Assembly (NCBI GenBank): GCA_963702845.1 | Contig: OY969763.1 | Coordinates: 1,888,001 to 1,952,000, forward strand | Origin: an uncultured Verrucomicrobiae bacterium | GTDB lineage: Bacteria; Verrucomicrobiota; Verrucomicrobiia; Limisphaerales; Palsa-1400 | Direction: 5' to 3' | Length of the DNA stretch: 64,000 nucleotides | Shown: piece by piece, positions 42,880-53,279 of the stretch | How the letters are laid out: the number at the start of each line of letters is the position of its first letter | Position numbering within the stretch: position 1 is the stretch's first letter | Program-made: the position numbers and the translations under genes | The notes under the pieces: generated by a model | Told to the model about the DNA's origin: nothing | What the model saw: only the letters and a program-made list of their open reading frames with translations | Databases searched by the model: none

Positions 42880-43938
42880 TTAATTACGACGCATATTGTA
42901 CCCTCCAAAAAGACTTATCACAGCGCCGATAACCAACAAAATTGTTTTATAGAATTTCCATGATTCTGGTTTAATCGGACAAAGCCGATTCACCAACTTG
43001 ATGTTTTCATCGAGCAGTTCTTGGCCGCCCGGAGTAATCTGCGAAAAATTATTTGCATTGTCATATTTAATCGATCCGGGTTTGTGGACAGGTACAAAAT
43101 AACTGGCGGTCACGTTTGAATTAACGAGAACTCTCAAGATGTTTATGGTGGTTACTTGAACGTCCGATTGATCTTTAATGGCTGGATTAGGAAAGATATA
43201 CCGCGTTAGCTTGTTCGGAAGCCAGATGTCGGGGGCAATTTCAGCAACACTGTCCGTGGTCAGTCTTTGGGTCAAAAGCCGCTTTCCTGTAGAGTGCCAT
43301 TCTCGCTGCATAACGCACATCCCCTTGTTCGTTGCCACCCAGATTGTATCGGTTCCATTTTGATCCAATAAGATGCACGTTTCGTTACTGATTTTTTCCG
43401 TTCGCGACAAGAGGTTATAATTTGTCGAAACGAGGGCAGATTCCAGCAGTAAGAATGAACCTGGAACGTCAGCTCGGATGACGTACTGTTTTGCTGGCCA
43501 TTTCGGAACAAACAGTAGGAGCACATCGTTTGGCAATGAGCCGGGAATGTCATCGCTTATGTGTATCTGCCCCTCGTCATACGCTCGGCCAAAGGTCCAG
43601 CGGTGACATGTCTGCCCTCTTGAAAGAAAAAACTCTTGGGCGAATGGATCTTGCTGCCAGCTGTAATCGTCAGTGAAGTGAGCACCTAAATGGTAGACAC
43701 AACCTGATTCAGTTGCCGCCATGATTCTATGGACGGGCAACATCGTAGTCGAATGACTAATTGGTGTCGCCTCATATTCGACTAGCCAGCGGCTTATCGG
43801 CTGCCACGATCGGATTAGTTGCGCCGCGACCGTCGTGCGGCCAACGCTAGTTGTTTGGTTATCTTCTCTCGCGGCGGCCGTGATGCCGAAGCACAAGATC
43901 AACGTGCTGGCTAATACACATAGAAGAGTTGATTTCAC
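42880..43938 (-). CDS. Exported protein with C-terminal TM anchor
   Basis: Signal peptide; IWVATNKG, IWLPNK (LolA-like strands); C-terminal TM + RRN. Confidence 0.65.
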   Translation of the reverse strand: MKSTLLCVLASTLILCFGITAAAREDNQTTSVGRTTVAAQLIRSWQPISRWLVEYEATPISHSTTMLPVHRIMAATESGCVYHLGAHFTDDYSWQQDPFAQEFFLSRGQTCHRWTFGRAYDEGQIHISDDIPGSLPNDVLLLFVPKWPAKQYVIRADVPGSFLLLESALVSTNYNLLSRTEKISNETCILLDQNGTDTIWVATNKGMCVMQREWHSTGKRLLTQRLTTDSVAEIAPDIWLPNKLTRYIFPNPAIKDQSDVQVTTINILRVLVNSNVTASYFVPVHKPGSIKYDNANNFSQITPGGQELLDENIKLVNRLCPIKPESWKFYKTILLVIGAVISLFGGYNMRRN

Positions 43939-43945
43939 GGCGCAG

Positions 43946-45199
43946 CTATTTTCTGTGGCTGGCGTGACGACGGATGTAAACTATCACGATAATGGCAGTT
44001 ACAATGATAATATTGAGCCAAAACCATTTCGAAGCACGATTCGATCCAAGATCATGCATCACACCTTTCGCTGCATTCTTCAAAGTGATCGATCCCGCAG
44101 GAATCTCGTACGTGACTGGCTTTTCTGGATCCGTTCGGTCATCAATCAGCGTTCCAGGTTGTTTGTAGTCGAGAGCAAACCCAGATGGTGCAATGTTTGA
44201 GAAGCTTACCGATGTTAGTTCCGTTGTAACTGTCTGCAATGGTTGGTCACTAAATTCGAACAATGTGTTTTCTCCGGTATAATACTGCAATTCACAAACG
44301 GTCGGTAGCCAAAGATTTTTTTCGGTATAAAGTTTCCAACCACTGCACTCCAACAAAGATATTCGATCTCCTTTTAGCGTACGCTCTTCGCGACGGACCG
44401 TGCCATATTGTCGCGACGGATCCAGCGTAAATTTGACAAGCCGCTTTGGAGGCGCGGATCGCATCGCCTCCAATCTGCGCAGGCGGCGTTCGATCGTATC
44501 GCGGTCCAAGTGTTGATCTTCGAGATCCGATCGTTCACGATCCATATCCAAGTGCCTTGCCCCCTCTAACACTCGATCCGGAATAACTATGGATATGTAA
44601 AGAAGATCCCCTGTCGGCTTAACTTCCTGAATGTCGCCAATCATGACATCGTGAAGAACTTCCGAATCGAGAAATTTACTATTTAAATCAGCGATCCGTT
44701 GAGGAACGAAAAGTCCCGCCATTTGCAAGTAGGGGAACCCAAATAGATCAGTCCTGTAGTAATCAGGATCAAATTTATTCGTTGCCATATATTTTGTTAC
44801 GAATGCCGGATTGCGGCTTCCGGCAGGTCGCTCGGGATCTCCAAAATAGAACAGTTCTCCATCATATGCCTCTTCGTGGACAGCCGACTCTCCGTTATCC
44901 AACTTACAACTAATCCGCTGAAAGAATCGATTTCCGCCGAATCGTGCATCGTAGGAGTTTGTGGCGGTGGCTGGTCGGTTTTTGAACGAACGAGTAACCG
45001 AATACTCGAACTGCACTATGCCCATCGCATCTGCCACTCTGCGTAACGATTGTTCAACAGAGCTTGGAAGCGTGTTGGTTTGCCACTTATCTGCGGCTAA
45101 TCCTGTGTAAAATGGAGTAATCAGGACGGCCCAAACTACAAAGACAATGCCCGTGCGTCTCAAATTGGATTTCGAAAGCCCTTCAAAAATATTGTTCAT
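43946..45199 (-). CDS. Exported protein with C-terminal TM anchor
   Basis: Signal/TM; LDPSRQY, LWLPTVC; C-terminal TM + RRHASHRK. Confidence 0.65.
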   Translation of the reverse strand: MNNIFEGLSKSNLRRTGIVFVVWAVLITPFYTGLAADKWQTNTLPSSVEQSLRRVADAMGIVQFEYSVTRSFKNRPATATNSYDARFGGNRFFQRISCKLDNGESAVHEEAYDGELFYFGDPERPAGSRNPAFVTKYMATNKFDPDYYRTDLFGFPYLQMAGLFVPQRIADLNSKFLDSEVLHDVMIGDIQEVKPTGDLLYISIVIPDRVLEGARHLDMDRERSDLEDQHLDRDTIERRLRRLEAMRSAPPKRLVKFTLDPSRQYGTVRREERTLKGDRISLLECSGWKLYTEKNLWLPTVCELQYYTGENTLFEFSDQPLQTVTTELTSVSFSNIAPSGFALDYKQPGTLIDDRTDPEKPVTYEIPAGSITLKNAAKGVMHDLGSNRASKWFWLNIIIVTAIIVIVYIRRHASHRK

Positions 45200-45795
45200 T
45201 TTGCAAAATTTTTTGTTTCCTTCGTACCGCGGCGAACCAACAAACCAGTAAGAATGCAGACTGCTATTATCACAGCGGCCAGCGTGACGCTATTTGCGGA
45301 CCAAAATGTTGGAGACAATGCGTAACCATCCCAGATTCGCCGAAAGTCCTCAAGGTCGATGGATTGAAAAGTTGCAGATGGTCCGTTCATAAAGTAAACA
45401 AGGCCGTTGTTCACAGATAGCAGCAATAGGAAAGCTCCGGCATCTGGAGTGTCCCCATCAACATGGACGATCACTGGCATTGACACGGAATCGAGATCTT
45501 TTATAGACAGTCGAACCGTCCGCAACTGAACTCCGTGTTTGGCTGCCATAAGGCAAAGCATCTTTGCATCGTGGGAGTGCGTCCTCGTGATTTGGTTTTG
45601 TTCAGCAACCAATTGCTCGTAGGAGCAGGATTTACCAATAACGCCAAGATAACAATACAAAACGTTAATCCCGCCGTTTTGTACGCATCGCCATGGAGCG
45701 GGCGAAGGCGCAGCAGTAGCATTGTCTAATAGGCCGTTTGCCGCTGCGATTCCAACTAATAAACAAAGCAGAAGTCTAAACAAACATTTCAACAT
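45196..45795 (-). CDS. C39 peptidase-like protein, catalytically degenerate
   Basis: QNGGINVLY (Cys absent), PVIVHV, GAFLLL (His absent), FMNG (Asp absent), FRRIWDGYAL; signal + C-terminal TM. Confidence 0.7.
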   Translation of the reverse strand: MLKCLFRLLLCLLVGIAAANGLLDNATAAPSPAPWRCVQNGGINVLYCYLGVIGKSCSYEQLVAEQNQITRTHSHDAKMLCLMAAKHGVQLRTVRLSIKDLDSVSMPVIVHVDGDTPDAGAFLLLLSVNNGLVYFMNGPSATFQSIDLEDFRRIWDGYALSPTFWSANSVTLAAVIIAVCILTGLLVRRGTKETKNFAK

Positions 45796-46388
45796 AACGC
45801 GTCGACGCGGGTTTTTGTCAGATAGGACAAAATCAAGACAGCAGTAATGTTGAATAGGCTCAAAAATATGGCTTCCAAGTGAAGTTGAGACAGGCGAGTG
45901 GTGCCGTCGTTACTAGTAAGGGCGTAGCCAGTCCAAAAGTTTGGCAAACGAGATTTTAGACCGGAAATTACAGCTCCCGTCGTGCCATCAAGAACATAAA
46001 ACCTCTTATTGTCTACCCGATACAGAACATCAAAATGATATTGCGTAAGCCACGTTCCGGAATTCTTGACCTGGAGGATCGCGGGCAATGGGACAGTATC
46101 TACATCATTCACATCAAATTTTCGAACTGAAGATTGCACCCCAAATCGCCTAGTTGTTTTACATAAATCCCCCAATGACGCGCCTTCGCCAGTTACTGGG
46201 ATGGTCTCGATTTGCGAATAATCAACGTCCTGCCCTTGCAACGTTAACAGCAAGTAGAGCGCGCTATGGCCACACTTTAAGAATTCATAATACCTAGAAG
46301 TTGCATCGTGCTGAGCCGCCTTCACAGGGAAGACAAGTCCCAACAACACAACTAATCCTACCATTGCTCTTAAAATAGAGGATCGCAC
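45789..46388 (-). CDS. Stand-alone C39 cysteine peptidase
   Basis: KCGHSALY, GASLGDL, LPAIL, YHFDVL, VLDG, FWTGYAL; signal + C-terminal TM. Confidence 0.85.
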   Translation of the reverse strand: MRSSILRAMVGLVVLLGLVFPVKAAQHDATSRYYEFLKCGHSALYLLLTLQGQDVDYSQIETIPVTGEGASLGDLCKTTRRFGVQSSVRKFDVNDVDTVPLPAILQVKNSGTWLTQYHFDVLYRVDNKRFYVLDGTTGAVISGLKSRLPNFWTGYALTSNDGTTRLSQLHLEAIFLSLFNITAVLILSYLTKTRVDALC

Positions 46389-46450
46389 CGAGATGCATTA
46401 TCGTGCAGTGCCGCAGGAATTGCGGCAACTGCGCTACTTTAACATCGCTA

Positions 46451-46789
46451 TTAATTATGGCAGATCGAGATGTTGAAGTTGCAACTGGTACAATTATCAG
46501 AAGAACCACACGATGCGGTGGTACCAGTTACATTGTGAGCCATGTCACCACTTTCTTTTCTGTTAGCGCTATATCCCGAGAGATAGACCTGGCTCGCTGC
46601 CCGTCCTGAACACCCGCCATTCATTGTGCAATTCTTCGAATGGTAGCCCGTACACCCACCTCGTAACGTTGCAGCATCTGCCTCCGATACTAAGGTGCCA
46701 GCCTGTTTTGGCAACACCCATGTTATGAGTGCCAAGGCCACCGCTATCGCACAACTAGATTTCACCGCTTTTGTCTTTAGGCTTATCAT
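46451..46789 (-). CDS. Putative precursor: signal peptide + double-glycine leader + Cys-rich core
   Basis: Hydrophobic residues 13-26; VSEADAATLRGG|C; 67-aa core with 7 Cys. Confidence 0.7.
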   Translation of the reverse strand: MISLKTKAVKSSCAIAVALALITWVLPKQAGTLVSEADAATLRGGCTGYHSKNCTMNGGCSGRAASQVYLSGYSANRKESGDMAHNVTGTTASCGSSDNCTSCNFNISICHN

Positions 46790-46798
46790 AGCATTTAT

Positions 46799-47980
46799 CT
46801 ATTTACCTGCATTTCCTGTTTGTTCTCTTCCGGTACGACCAATACGTAACGGAAGTTCATTGGTCTGCTTCGTACAATTTCGCAATTCCGGCCACAATGT
46901 TTGAACTCGCGCAGCATGTGTTAGCGGACATATCCAAGAGGCCTCACGGACCACATTGGTCTCAGTCAACGCTCGCGCCAGCCAAAGTGCCGCCTTGCGC
47001 AGGGCGCTTACACAGGTCTGTTGTTTTTCGGTCGGCAAAAGAGCCATCGTTTCCAAAAGGTGACCGGTAATTAATACCTTTACTTGTAATGTCTCATCCG
47101 AAGTGTTGTCAACTGTATTTAATGCCGACCAATGTGCCCCCCAACTCCCGTCATTGTTTTGCGTCTCAATGATGTCGTTTATCCGCGAGTCTATATACTG
47201 TTCGAGGTGCTGACGAGACGTCTTATTCAGCAAATGATAGTTGGCGTCTGAGCGCGCAATCCGAAGGATTGCTTGAAACATGTGTGTGCCGGCGCAACTT
47301 TCTGAGTTAAGGTCTTTCGTAATCAGTCTGTCAACTAATTGGTCAAACGAAGTTGTTTCTGAAAATCGATTCTTCCACTCTTTTGCTGGTGGTACATACG
47401 TCGCGAATGCCATGGCCGTCCATGCGAGCTCCTTTTGATCTAACGTAAACGTTGCAATCGACTCATTCAGTAAATCGCGTACAGCCAATGTTTCTCGGTT
47501 TACATGAATCGGCGTCGACAAGGGCAAGTTGATCGTCGCGAATGTGGACAGACATTGATCGCGGTGGGATTCGCCGACCGACGTACCGAATAACGGGTCG
47601 TTAACAAGGAAATATCGAACGCCATTTCGCGTGCGAATGAATGGCACCGTTCCGAAAGTTGCTCTTGCAGAGCTCTCATCCGTGAGCGCTTTTATCGCAG
47701 TATCGCCATTTGGCAGGCCGGATAGGTCAGTTTTGCTATGACCGTAAAGGAGCAATACATGACATAGACCCGACACGGAAACGCGATTTGTTTGCCAGAC
47801 CCACGCCAAGGTGGGACAATAATTGGTGGAATTCTCAGCCAGCGCCGGAAGGAAAAAAACAAATACTAACATACAAATAACAACGCGAGTCAGGAGCCTT
47901 CCGCCTGCTCGCAATTTGTGAAATAAACGCCCTCGATGGAAACATGAAATGTTTGTTTCTCGATCGGGGTGGTTGTTCAA
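46799..47980 (-). CDS. Exported protein with prenyltransferase/terpene-cyclase-like repeat
   Basis: Signal-like ...FFLPALAEN; ESHRDQ, SCAGTH, QNNDGSW, ITGHLLE, THAAR. Confidence 0.6.
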   Translation of the reverse strand: MNNHPDRETNISCFHRGRLFHKLRAGGRLLTRVVICMLVFVFFLPALAENSTNYCPTLAWVWQTNRVSVSGLCHVLLLYGHSKTDLSGLPNGDTAIKALTDESSARATFGTVPFIRTRNGVRYFLVNDPLFGTSVGESHRDQCLSTFATINLPLSTPIHVNRETLAVRDLLNESIATFTLDQKELAWTAMAFATYVPPAKEWKNRFSETTSFDQLVDRLITKDLNSESCAGTHMFQAILRIARSDANYHLLNKTSRQHLEQYIDSRINDIIETQNNDGSWGAHWSALNTVDNTSDETLQVKVLITGHLLETMALLPTEKQQTCVSALRKAALWLARALTETNVVREASWICPLTHAARVQTLWPELRNCTKQTNELPLRIGRTGREQTGNAGK

Positions 47981-48370
47981 GCTGTTATTCGATGGATCGC
48001 CCAGTCAAAGGATCCTTATAGCTCGACCGCAAACAGTCAATAAAATTCAACCCACAGGATTCGTACCCGTATCTTCCCGGCTATTCAGAAACGCACAACG
48101 TTGAGACAAATCTCACTGTAAATACTTGCAACATGACGTCGCCGTACTCTTAATATTTTCGATGTCTGTAATAAAAAATGGTGCCCTTCTGAATCGGTCT
48201 GTTTCGCGATTACGGACTCCTCGACAAATATGAGATCGACTTATATACGTATTGGGTGCAAGGCTGCTGAGTTCGACAGCAGACCTGATACGAATTAGTT
48301 ATAACAAATCAGATACGTTTGTTTAATCGAGACGGCTAGTGGATATTCTAACAGAGCCAACCCTGTTCAA

Positions 48371-49981
48371 ATGCGCATCGGATTTTTTACAGGCTTCTTT
48401 TTTTCGCTTCTTTTGGGAGGCTTGGTGTGGGCTAAATCAAACGACAGATTCGTTCGCCACTGCTTTACGTGTCGAACGCACGGAGTTGATATTTCGGGCC
48501 TCGCAATTACCCCAAAAGGCTGTCAACGCGCGCCAGTGATATTCTATCTGCATGGAAGTGGAGGTAGCGCGCTCGACAGCGGATCGACGCTACGGCAGTT
48601 TGCTGAAGTCGGATTGACCGCGGTTGATTTCGATTACACCAAATCAGCCAATGCCGAGGCGTTCGCATTGGAACTGACCAGCGTTTGGGACCTGATCCAA
48701 CGACAGGAATGGGCAAACACCAATCATTTCGCATGGATTGGATCGAGTTTAGGAGCGCAGAATTTATTGATTCACTGGCTCAGCACGAATTCTCCTAAAC
48801 CAGATCTTTTTGTCAGGATGAGCGGGGGAATTGTTGACGAAATCAAGGCCGGAGCGCTTGCGCAGCATGGTGAATGTCGCATAAAAACGCAGGTTTTGCT
48901 TGTGCATGGCACGAGTGACTCGGTTTTTTCGATCCACGAAGCTGAGCTAGTCGCCATGTTCTTGCAAAGCAATGGCGTACCTGTGGATTTAAAATCTTTA
49001 CCTTCCCTCCCACACTCCTTTGGGGATGACAGGCGCGTCGTTATTCGTGCAATCGCCGAATGGTGCAAGGCTAAACTCACGCCAGAGCAACCGCTGCCAG
49101 AATTTCCAAGGCTAAGGCCGTATCGTCCTTGGATCTGCATATTGCCTGCGCTTGCGTGGGTCGTAGGTTGGAATTGGGGGAGGGTAACAAAGAGGCAAAT
49201 ATCAGCAACTACCAACGTCAATTTTTGGAATGCGCCAATACACGATTCGTCGACGGCGATCGCCGATGAAAAGTTAACGAAATGGGAACTTGGTTTACGC
49301 ATCGTAGCTGTTGCGATCGCATTTTGGGTCGTTGTTTTAATAGCGCTCCACCTGATTACACCGAAGCTGGAAATTTCTCCTCGAACGGTGAATATCGCAC
49401 GCAAGCATTTGATAAGGCCTGAATGGACGGAAGATTTCGACACGCTTGCCACAAGGCCTATCTGGCGCGGACAACAACTTAATGCGTTGCTCACCAACAT
49501 CGAGTTAGCACATTACACCGTAAGTGAACTTGTGAATTGGAAAGTAGATACGAATACGAGAACTTATCGTGATTACGTGCTGTCGCCCGTTATCGACGAG
49601 CCCCCAAAACCGGAAGCGCATAGCTCACAACCGCGTGCCACGAACTCAACGCCCGCGGAATTAACGTGGCGAAGAGACCTCTGGGAGAACTTCTGGCCCC
49701 GCGTGCGGCACGAAAACAGCGCAGAAACTGCTGCCCAGAGTGTCGCCCGATTTCTTCGGGAGCGTGTCACAATTGCACCGAACTTTCCGAAACAAGCGGG
49801 CGTTGAATCAATTTGGCGCAGTCAGATTGCGAACCTAGACGATTTCGACCTTGTCTATGTCGCTGCGCTGCGTTCAGTCGGCGTCCCTGCTCGGCTAGCT
49901 GATAATCATCATGCCGAATTCTGTTCCGGCACGGAATGGCATGAGGCACCGCGCCCATTAATCACAACGTGGACTGAATAG
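48371..49981 (+). CDS. Alpha/beta hydrolase + TM + transglutaminase-like domain
   Basis: LHGSG, GSSLG, HGTSD, PHSF; VAALRSVGVPARL...HAEF (no catalytic Cys visible). Confidence 0.75.
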   Translation: MRIGFFTGFFFSLLLGGLVWAKSNDRFVRHCFTCRTHGVDISGLAITPKGCQRAPVIFYLHGSGGSALDSGSTLRQFAEVGLTAVDFDYTKSANAEAFALELTSVWDLIQRQEWANTNHFAWIGSSLGAQNLLIHWLSTNSPKPDLFVRMSGGIVDEIKAGALAQHGECRIKTQVLLVHGTSDSVFSIHEAELVAMFLQSNGVPVDLKSLPSLPHSFGDDRRVVIRAIAEWCKAKLTPEQPLPEFPRLRPYRPWICILPALAWVVGWNWGRVTKRQISATTNVNFWNAPIHDSSTAIADEKLTKWELGLRIVAVAIAFWVVVLIALHLITPKLEISPRTVNIARKHLIRPEWTEDFDTLATRPIWRGQQLNALLTNIELAHYTVSELVNWKVDTNTRTYRDYVLSPVIDEPPKPEAHSSQPRATNSTPAELTWRRDLWENFWPRVRHENSAETAAQSVARFLRERVTIAPNFPKQAGVESIWRSQIANLDDFDLVYVAALRSVGVPARLADNHHAEFCSGTEWHEAPRPLITTWTE

Positions 49982-49986
49982 ACTAA

Positions 49987-51069
49987 TCAATATTGATTTT
50001 GGAATCTGCAAATGATTTGAGTCACGTTCACAACGCCATTTTGAACGCGTAAACCACTTAATTTCATGTTAAGAATTGCGGCGGAGCAAAGAGTTCTTCG
50101 AATAGTTGTCGCTAATACATCGCCCTGCAAATCTCGTTCCTCGATCATCACAACAACGCCTTCGCTCTCGTAGTATCGGGCATTTTCAACCTGATCGCCA
50201 CGAGTAGCTGACCGTGATAAAGGTATAAGAATGCATATTTTCTTTAGAGCAAGAAGTTCCATAAGGGTCGTCGCCCCTGCGCGGCTTACAACGATATCCG
50301 CCATTGCATATAAGTGTCCAATCTGATCCGTGAAATCGAATTGTGTGTAACCTGGTCTATGGACCCCGATAGTCTTTCCTAGCCCTGTCACATGCACGAC
50401 TTGAAAATCTCGCAGCAAATCATCTAAAGAATCTGCAACAGCTTTGTTAAGGTTCTCTGCCCCGGCGGTTCCGCCGATCACTAGCACGACCGGTTTTCCA
50501 CGAGCCAAACCACAAAGTCTGAACCCTTCCTCCGCACACCCGTCAAACACGTTGTCACGTAAGGGAATTCCTGTGACGTTGATTCTCTTGTGATGGAAAA
50601 ACATTTTTGTAATTGCGTGGGCAACGCAAATTTCGGAGGCGAAGAGGGAGCACAAGCGATTGGCTAGGCCCGGTGTCACGTCAGATTCGTGGATAATGAC
50701 AGGTACACGCAAACACCACGCTACTACAACAACCGGAACTGACATGTAAGCGCCCTTCGAAAAGACGATGTTGGGTCGGATTTTAGCCAACAACAAGAGC
50801 GACTGGATCAATCCATATAATGTGTATGTCCACTCAAAAAGATTTTGCACGGTCCAGTGCCGTCTATATTTGCCAGCTTTGATCGCATAGAAGGGGATTC
50901 CATACTTGTCAGCTAATTGTCGATCGAGACGATTTGTTGATCCGAAGTAAAACACGTCGAAACCGGCGGCAACCAGATGGGGTTTTAACGCCAAATTCGG
51001 TATTATGTGGCCAGCGGTGCCGCCGCCGACCAAAACAACACGAGGTCGACGAGATATGTGTTTATTCAT
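49987..51069 (-). CDS. murG: MurG glycosyltransferase
   Basis: GGGTAGH, KGAYMS, HESD, TGIPLR, GGTAGA, SRAGATT, GDQVENA. Confidence 0.9.
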   Translation of the reverse strand: MNKHISRRPRVVLVGGGTAGHIIPNLALKPHLVAAGFDVFYFGSTNRLDRQLADKYGIPFYAIKAGKYRRHWTVQNLFEWTYTLYGLIQSLLLLAKIRPNIVFSKGAYMSVPVVVVAWCLRVPVIIHESDVTPGLANRLCSLFASEICVAHAITKMFFHHKRINVTGIPLRDNVFDGCAEEGFRLCGLARGKPVVLVIGGTAGAENLNKAVADSLDDLLRDFQVVHVTGLGKTIGVHRPGYTQFDFTDQIGHLYAMADIVVSRAGATTLMELLALKKICILIPLSRSATRGDQVENARYYESEGVVVMIEERDLQGDVLATTIRRTLCSAAILNMKLSGLRVQNGVVNVTQIICRFQNQY

Positions 51070-51254
51070 TCGGAAGCCACGCTGCATGAAATGATCGTAT
51101 TCTGTGATCAGTGACTCGGCACGGCTTCGATTGACGATAACAAGTGTTGCCCGGCGCGGACAAGTGTGCATCGTTTGGACAGTGTAAAAAGGCTTGTCAC
51201 ATAGCATGGATAGAGATACGAAGGACGCAATTAATTGGCTTGCGAAATCGCAAA

Positions 51255-52055
51255 ATGAACTTGGACCTTTCTCAACTCGCTCCCTGGGCACAGTTCCGAC
51301 GAACTAGCGCCCCATTCGTTCTGCTTTTCGTCGCGTCGATATCTTTATTTGCCGATGGTGTCCCTCTTAAAACTCAGGCTGAGGTCGGCGACGTGCGTGC
51401 TCAGTTTTTAATCGGCAAGAGTCAATTATCTTCTCATTCTTCCCAAGATTGGGTGGACGCTTTCAAATGGTTAACGCTTGCTGCGAATAACAAACATCAA
51501 ACAGCGCAATATTTAATCGCGACGATGCACCTGGAGGGCAAGGGCACAGTAACGAATACAGTAGAAGGCTTTCGTTACGCAAAATCGTCCGCAGAGCAAG
51601 GATATGCACCAGGACAGAGCTTGTTAGGCGAATGTTATATGAATGGCTGGGGAACGTCGCGCGATTCAAAGGCCGCAGCGGAATGGTTCGACAAGGCAGC
51701 GAACCAAGGTCTCGCAGATGCGCAATTCCACCTGGGCAAGATGTACAACAAGGGAAACGGCGTGCCCCAAGATTTTAGCAAAAGCGTCAAGTGGTTGCGC
51801 CGAGCCGCAAACCAAGGACATCAAAAAGCTCAGTCAACATTGCTACAATCGATTCTCGCTGGCGAAGCCGCCGTAGAAAGTGGTGAGATTGATTACGTAG
51901 AAGCTTATCAGTGGGCGACGTTAATCGATAATGATAAATGCCGGAAACAAACTGCGAACAAATTGACCGTGGCGCAACTGACAGCTGCAGCAGAACGTGC
52001 CGCGGATTTTAAGCCGAAGCCGGAATTGGATGTGCATGATGTATCTTCGGACTAG
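51255..52055 (+). CDS. Sel1-repeat protein
   Basis: Repeats such as [18 protein letters not shown]...WLRRAANQG. Confidence 0.9.
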   Translation: MNLDLSQLAPWAQFRRTSAPFVLLFVASISLFADGVPLKTQAEVGDVRAQFLIGKSQLSSHSSQDWVDAFKWLTLAANNKHQTAQYLIATMHLEGKGTVTNTVEGFRYAKSSAEQGYAPGQSLLGECYMNGWGTSRDSKAAAEWFDKAANQGLADAQFHLGKMYNKGNGVPQDFSKSVKWLRRAANQGHQKAQSTLLQSILAGEAAVESGEIDYVEAYQWATLIDNDKCRKQTANKLTVAQLTAAAERAADFKPKPELDVHDVSSD

Positions 52056-52830
52056 CGAAAAAAATGACGGTGAAATCCCAAAGACCGGGGAAGGTTTTAC
52101 ATTAATTGAGCTATTGGTGGTGATCGCAATCCTGGGGATTCTAGCTTCACTGTTACTTCCCGCGTTGGCGAAGAGCAAATCGCGAGCATTGCAAGTGCAA
52201 TGCTTGGGACAAACCAAGCAGCTGGCGCTTGCGCTGCAGATGTACACCCATGACAATAAGGATTGGATGCCTTGGCCTAACTGGGGAAATAAGCTGCAAG
52301 GCTGGTTGTACACGCCCGTTAACGATGATCCACCGAAACTAATCGGACGCCCAGAGGAAGTTTATGCCGGCGGAATGCTTTGGCCTTATGTTAAGGCAGT
52401 TAAAGTTTATTGGTGTCCTTTGGATTATACGAACACTCAATATTTCGCCAAACGTAAGGAGAAGCTGTCCAGCTATATAATGAACGGTGGTATTATGGGT
52501 TATCATAGACGACCGTCGTATGCGAGGACGCATAGGCTTACCGATATGAAACCATCGGCTTATGTAACCTGGGAGCCAAGTGACAATCCTCCTTATGATG
52601 CTGCTCGCGTGTTCAATGACGGTGCGAGTTATCCTACATTCGATGAAGGGCCCAGTCGTCGACATACGTCCGGATGCAATGTCAGTTCATTCGATGGTCA
52701 CGCGGAATACTTAAAGTTTGTTACATTCGTGCAGGAGGGCTCGCAAAAGCCGGGACTGCTATGGTGTGATCCGGATACCGAAGACGGCATGGGAGACAGC
52801 CACGAGCGGAGATGCTCGTTGTGGAAGTAG
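52036..52830 (+). CDS. Prepilin-type N-terminal methylation protein with H-X9-DG motif
   Basis: [39 protein letters not shown]. Confidence 0.9.
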   Translation: MMYLRTSEKNDGEIPKTGEGFTLIELLVVIAILGILASLLLPALAKSKSRALQVQCLGQTKQLALALQMYTHDNKDWMPWPNWGNKLQGWLYTPVNDDPPKLIGRPEEVYAGGMLWPYVKAVKVYWCPLDYTNTQYFAKRKEKLSSYIMNGGIMGYHRRPSYARTHRLTDMKPSAYVTWEPSDNPPYDAARVFNDGASYPTFDEGPSRRHTSGCNVSSFDGHAEYLKFVTFVQEGSQKPGLLWCDPDTEDGMGDSHERRCSLWK

Positions 52831-53007
52831 CTGATCCCCAACGTCTAGATTGAAGTCGAAGGCCGGCAGTGCTGCTTCGACAAAGCAAAGTATCCTAAGG
52901 CAAAGCAGATCGGGGTCCAACGTTGCCCCATGGGTTTTATAGACCAAATTAAGTTCGGAATGAGTGACAAAAAACCAACAATGATTCCGGTGTAAATCGA
53001 ACTGTTC

Positions 53008-53214
53008 TTAAGTCGCCAATTTGCATCCCAAGGTTTTCAATTTGGCTCTGTACTCGGCGGATGGCCCTAAGATGCCCGCTTCCCATGCTCTAAAGGTCGT
53101 CGTCAAAACACCCACTTTGATAGCCATTTCGCTCGGTCTGAGCCGTAGGGATAAACGATGGCTTCTAATTTGGTGTCCCAAACTCCCTGGCTGCGGTTTT
53201 GCGGTTTCTGGCAT
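53008..53214 (-). CDS. Small XRE HTH protein
   Basis: LGHQIRSHR...EMAIKVGV...FRAWEAG...P. Confidence 0.55.
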   Translation of the reverse strand: MPETAKPQPGSLGHQIRSHRLSLRLRPSEMAIKVGVLTTTFRAWEAGILGPSAEYRAKLKTLGCKLAT

Positions 53215-53279
53215 GATATTGGCGGATCGGAACATCCTCGCGAGGTAGGCGAATAGTGCGGTGTGCAATACCCAACAAC

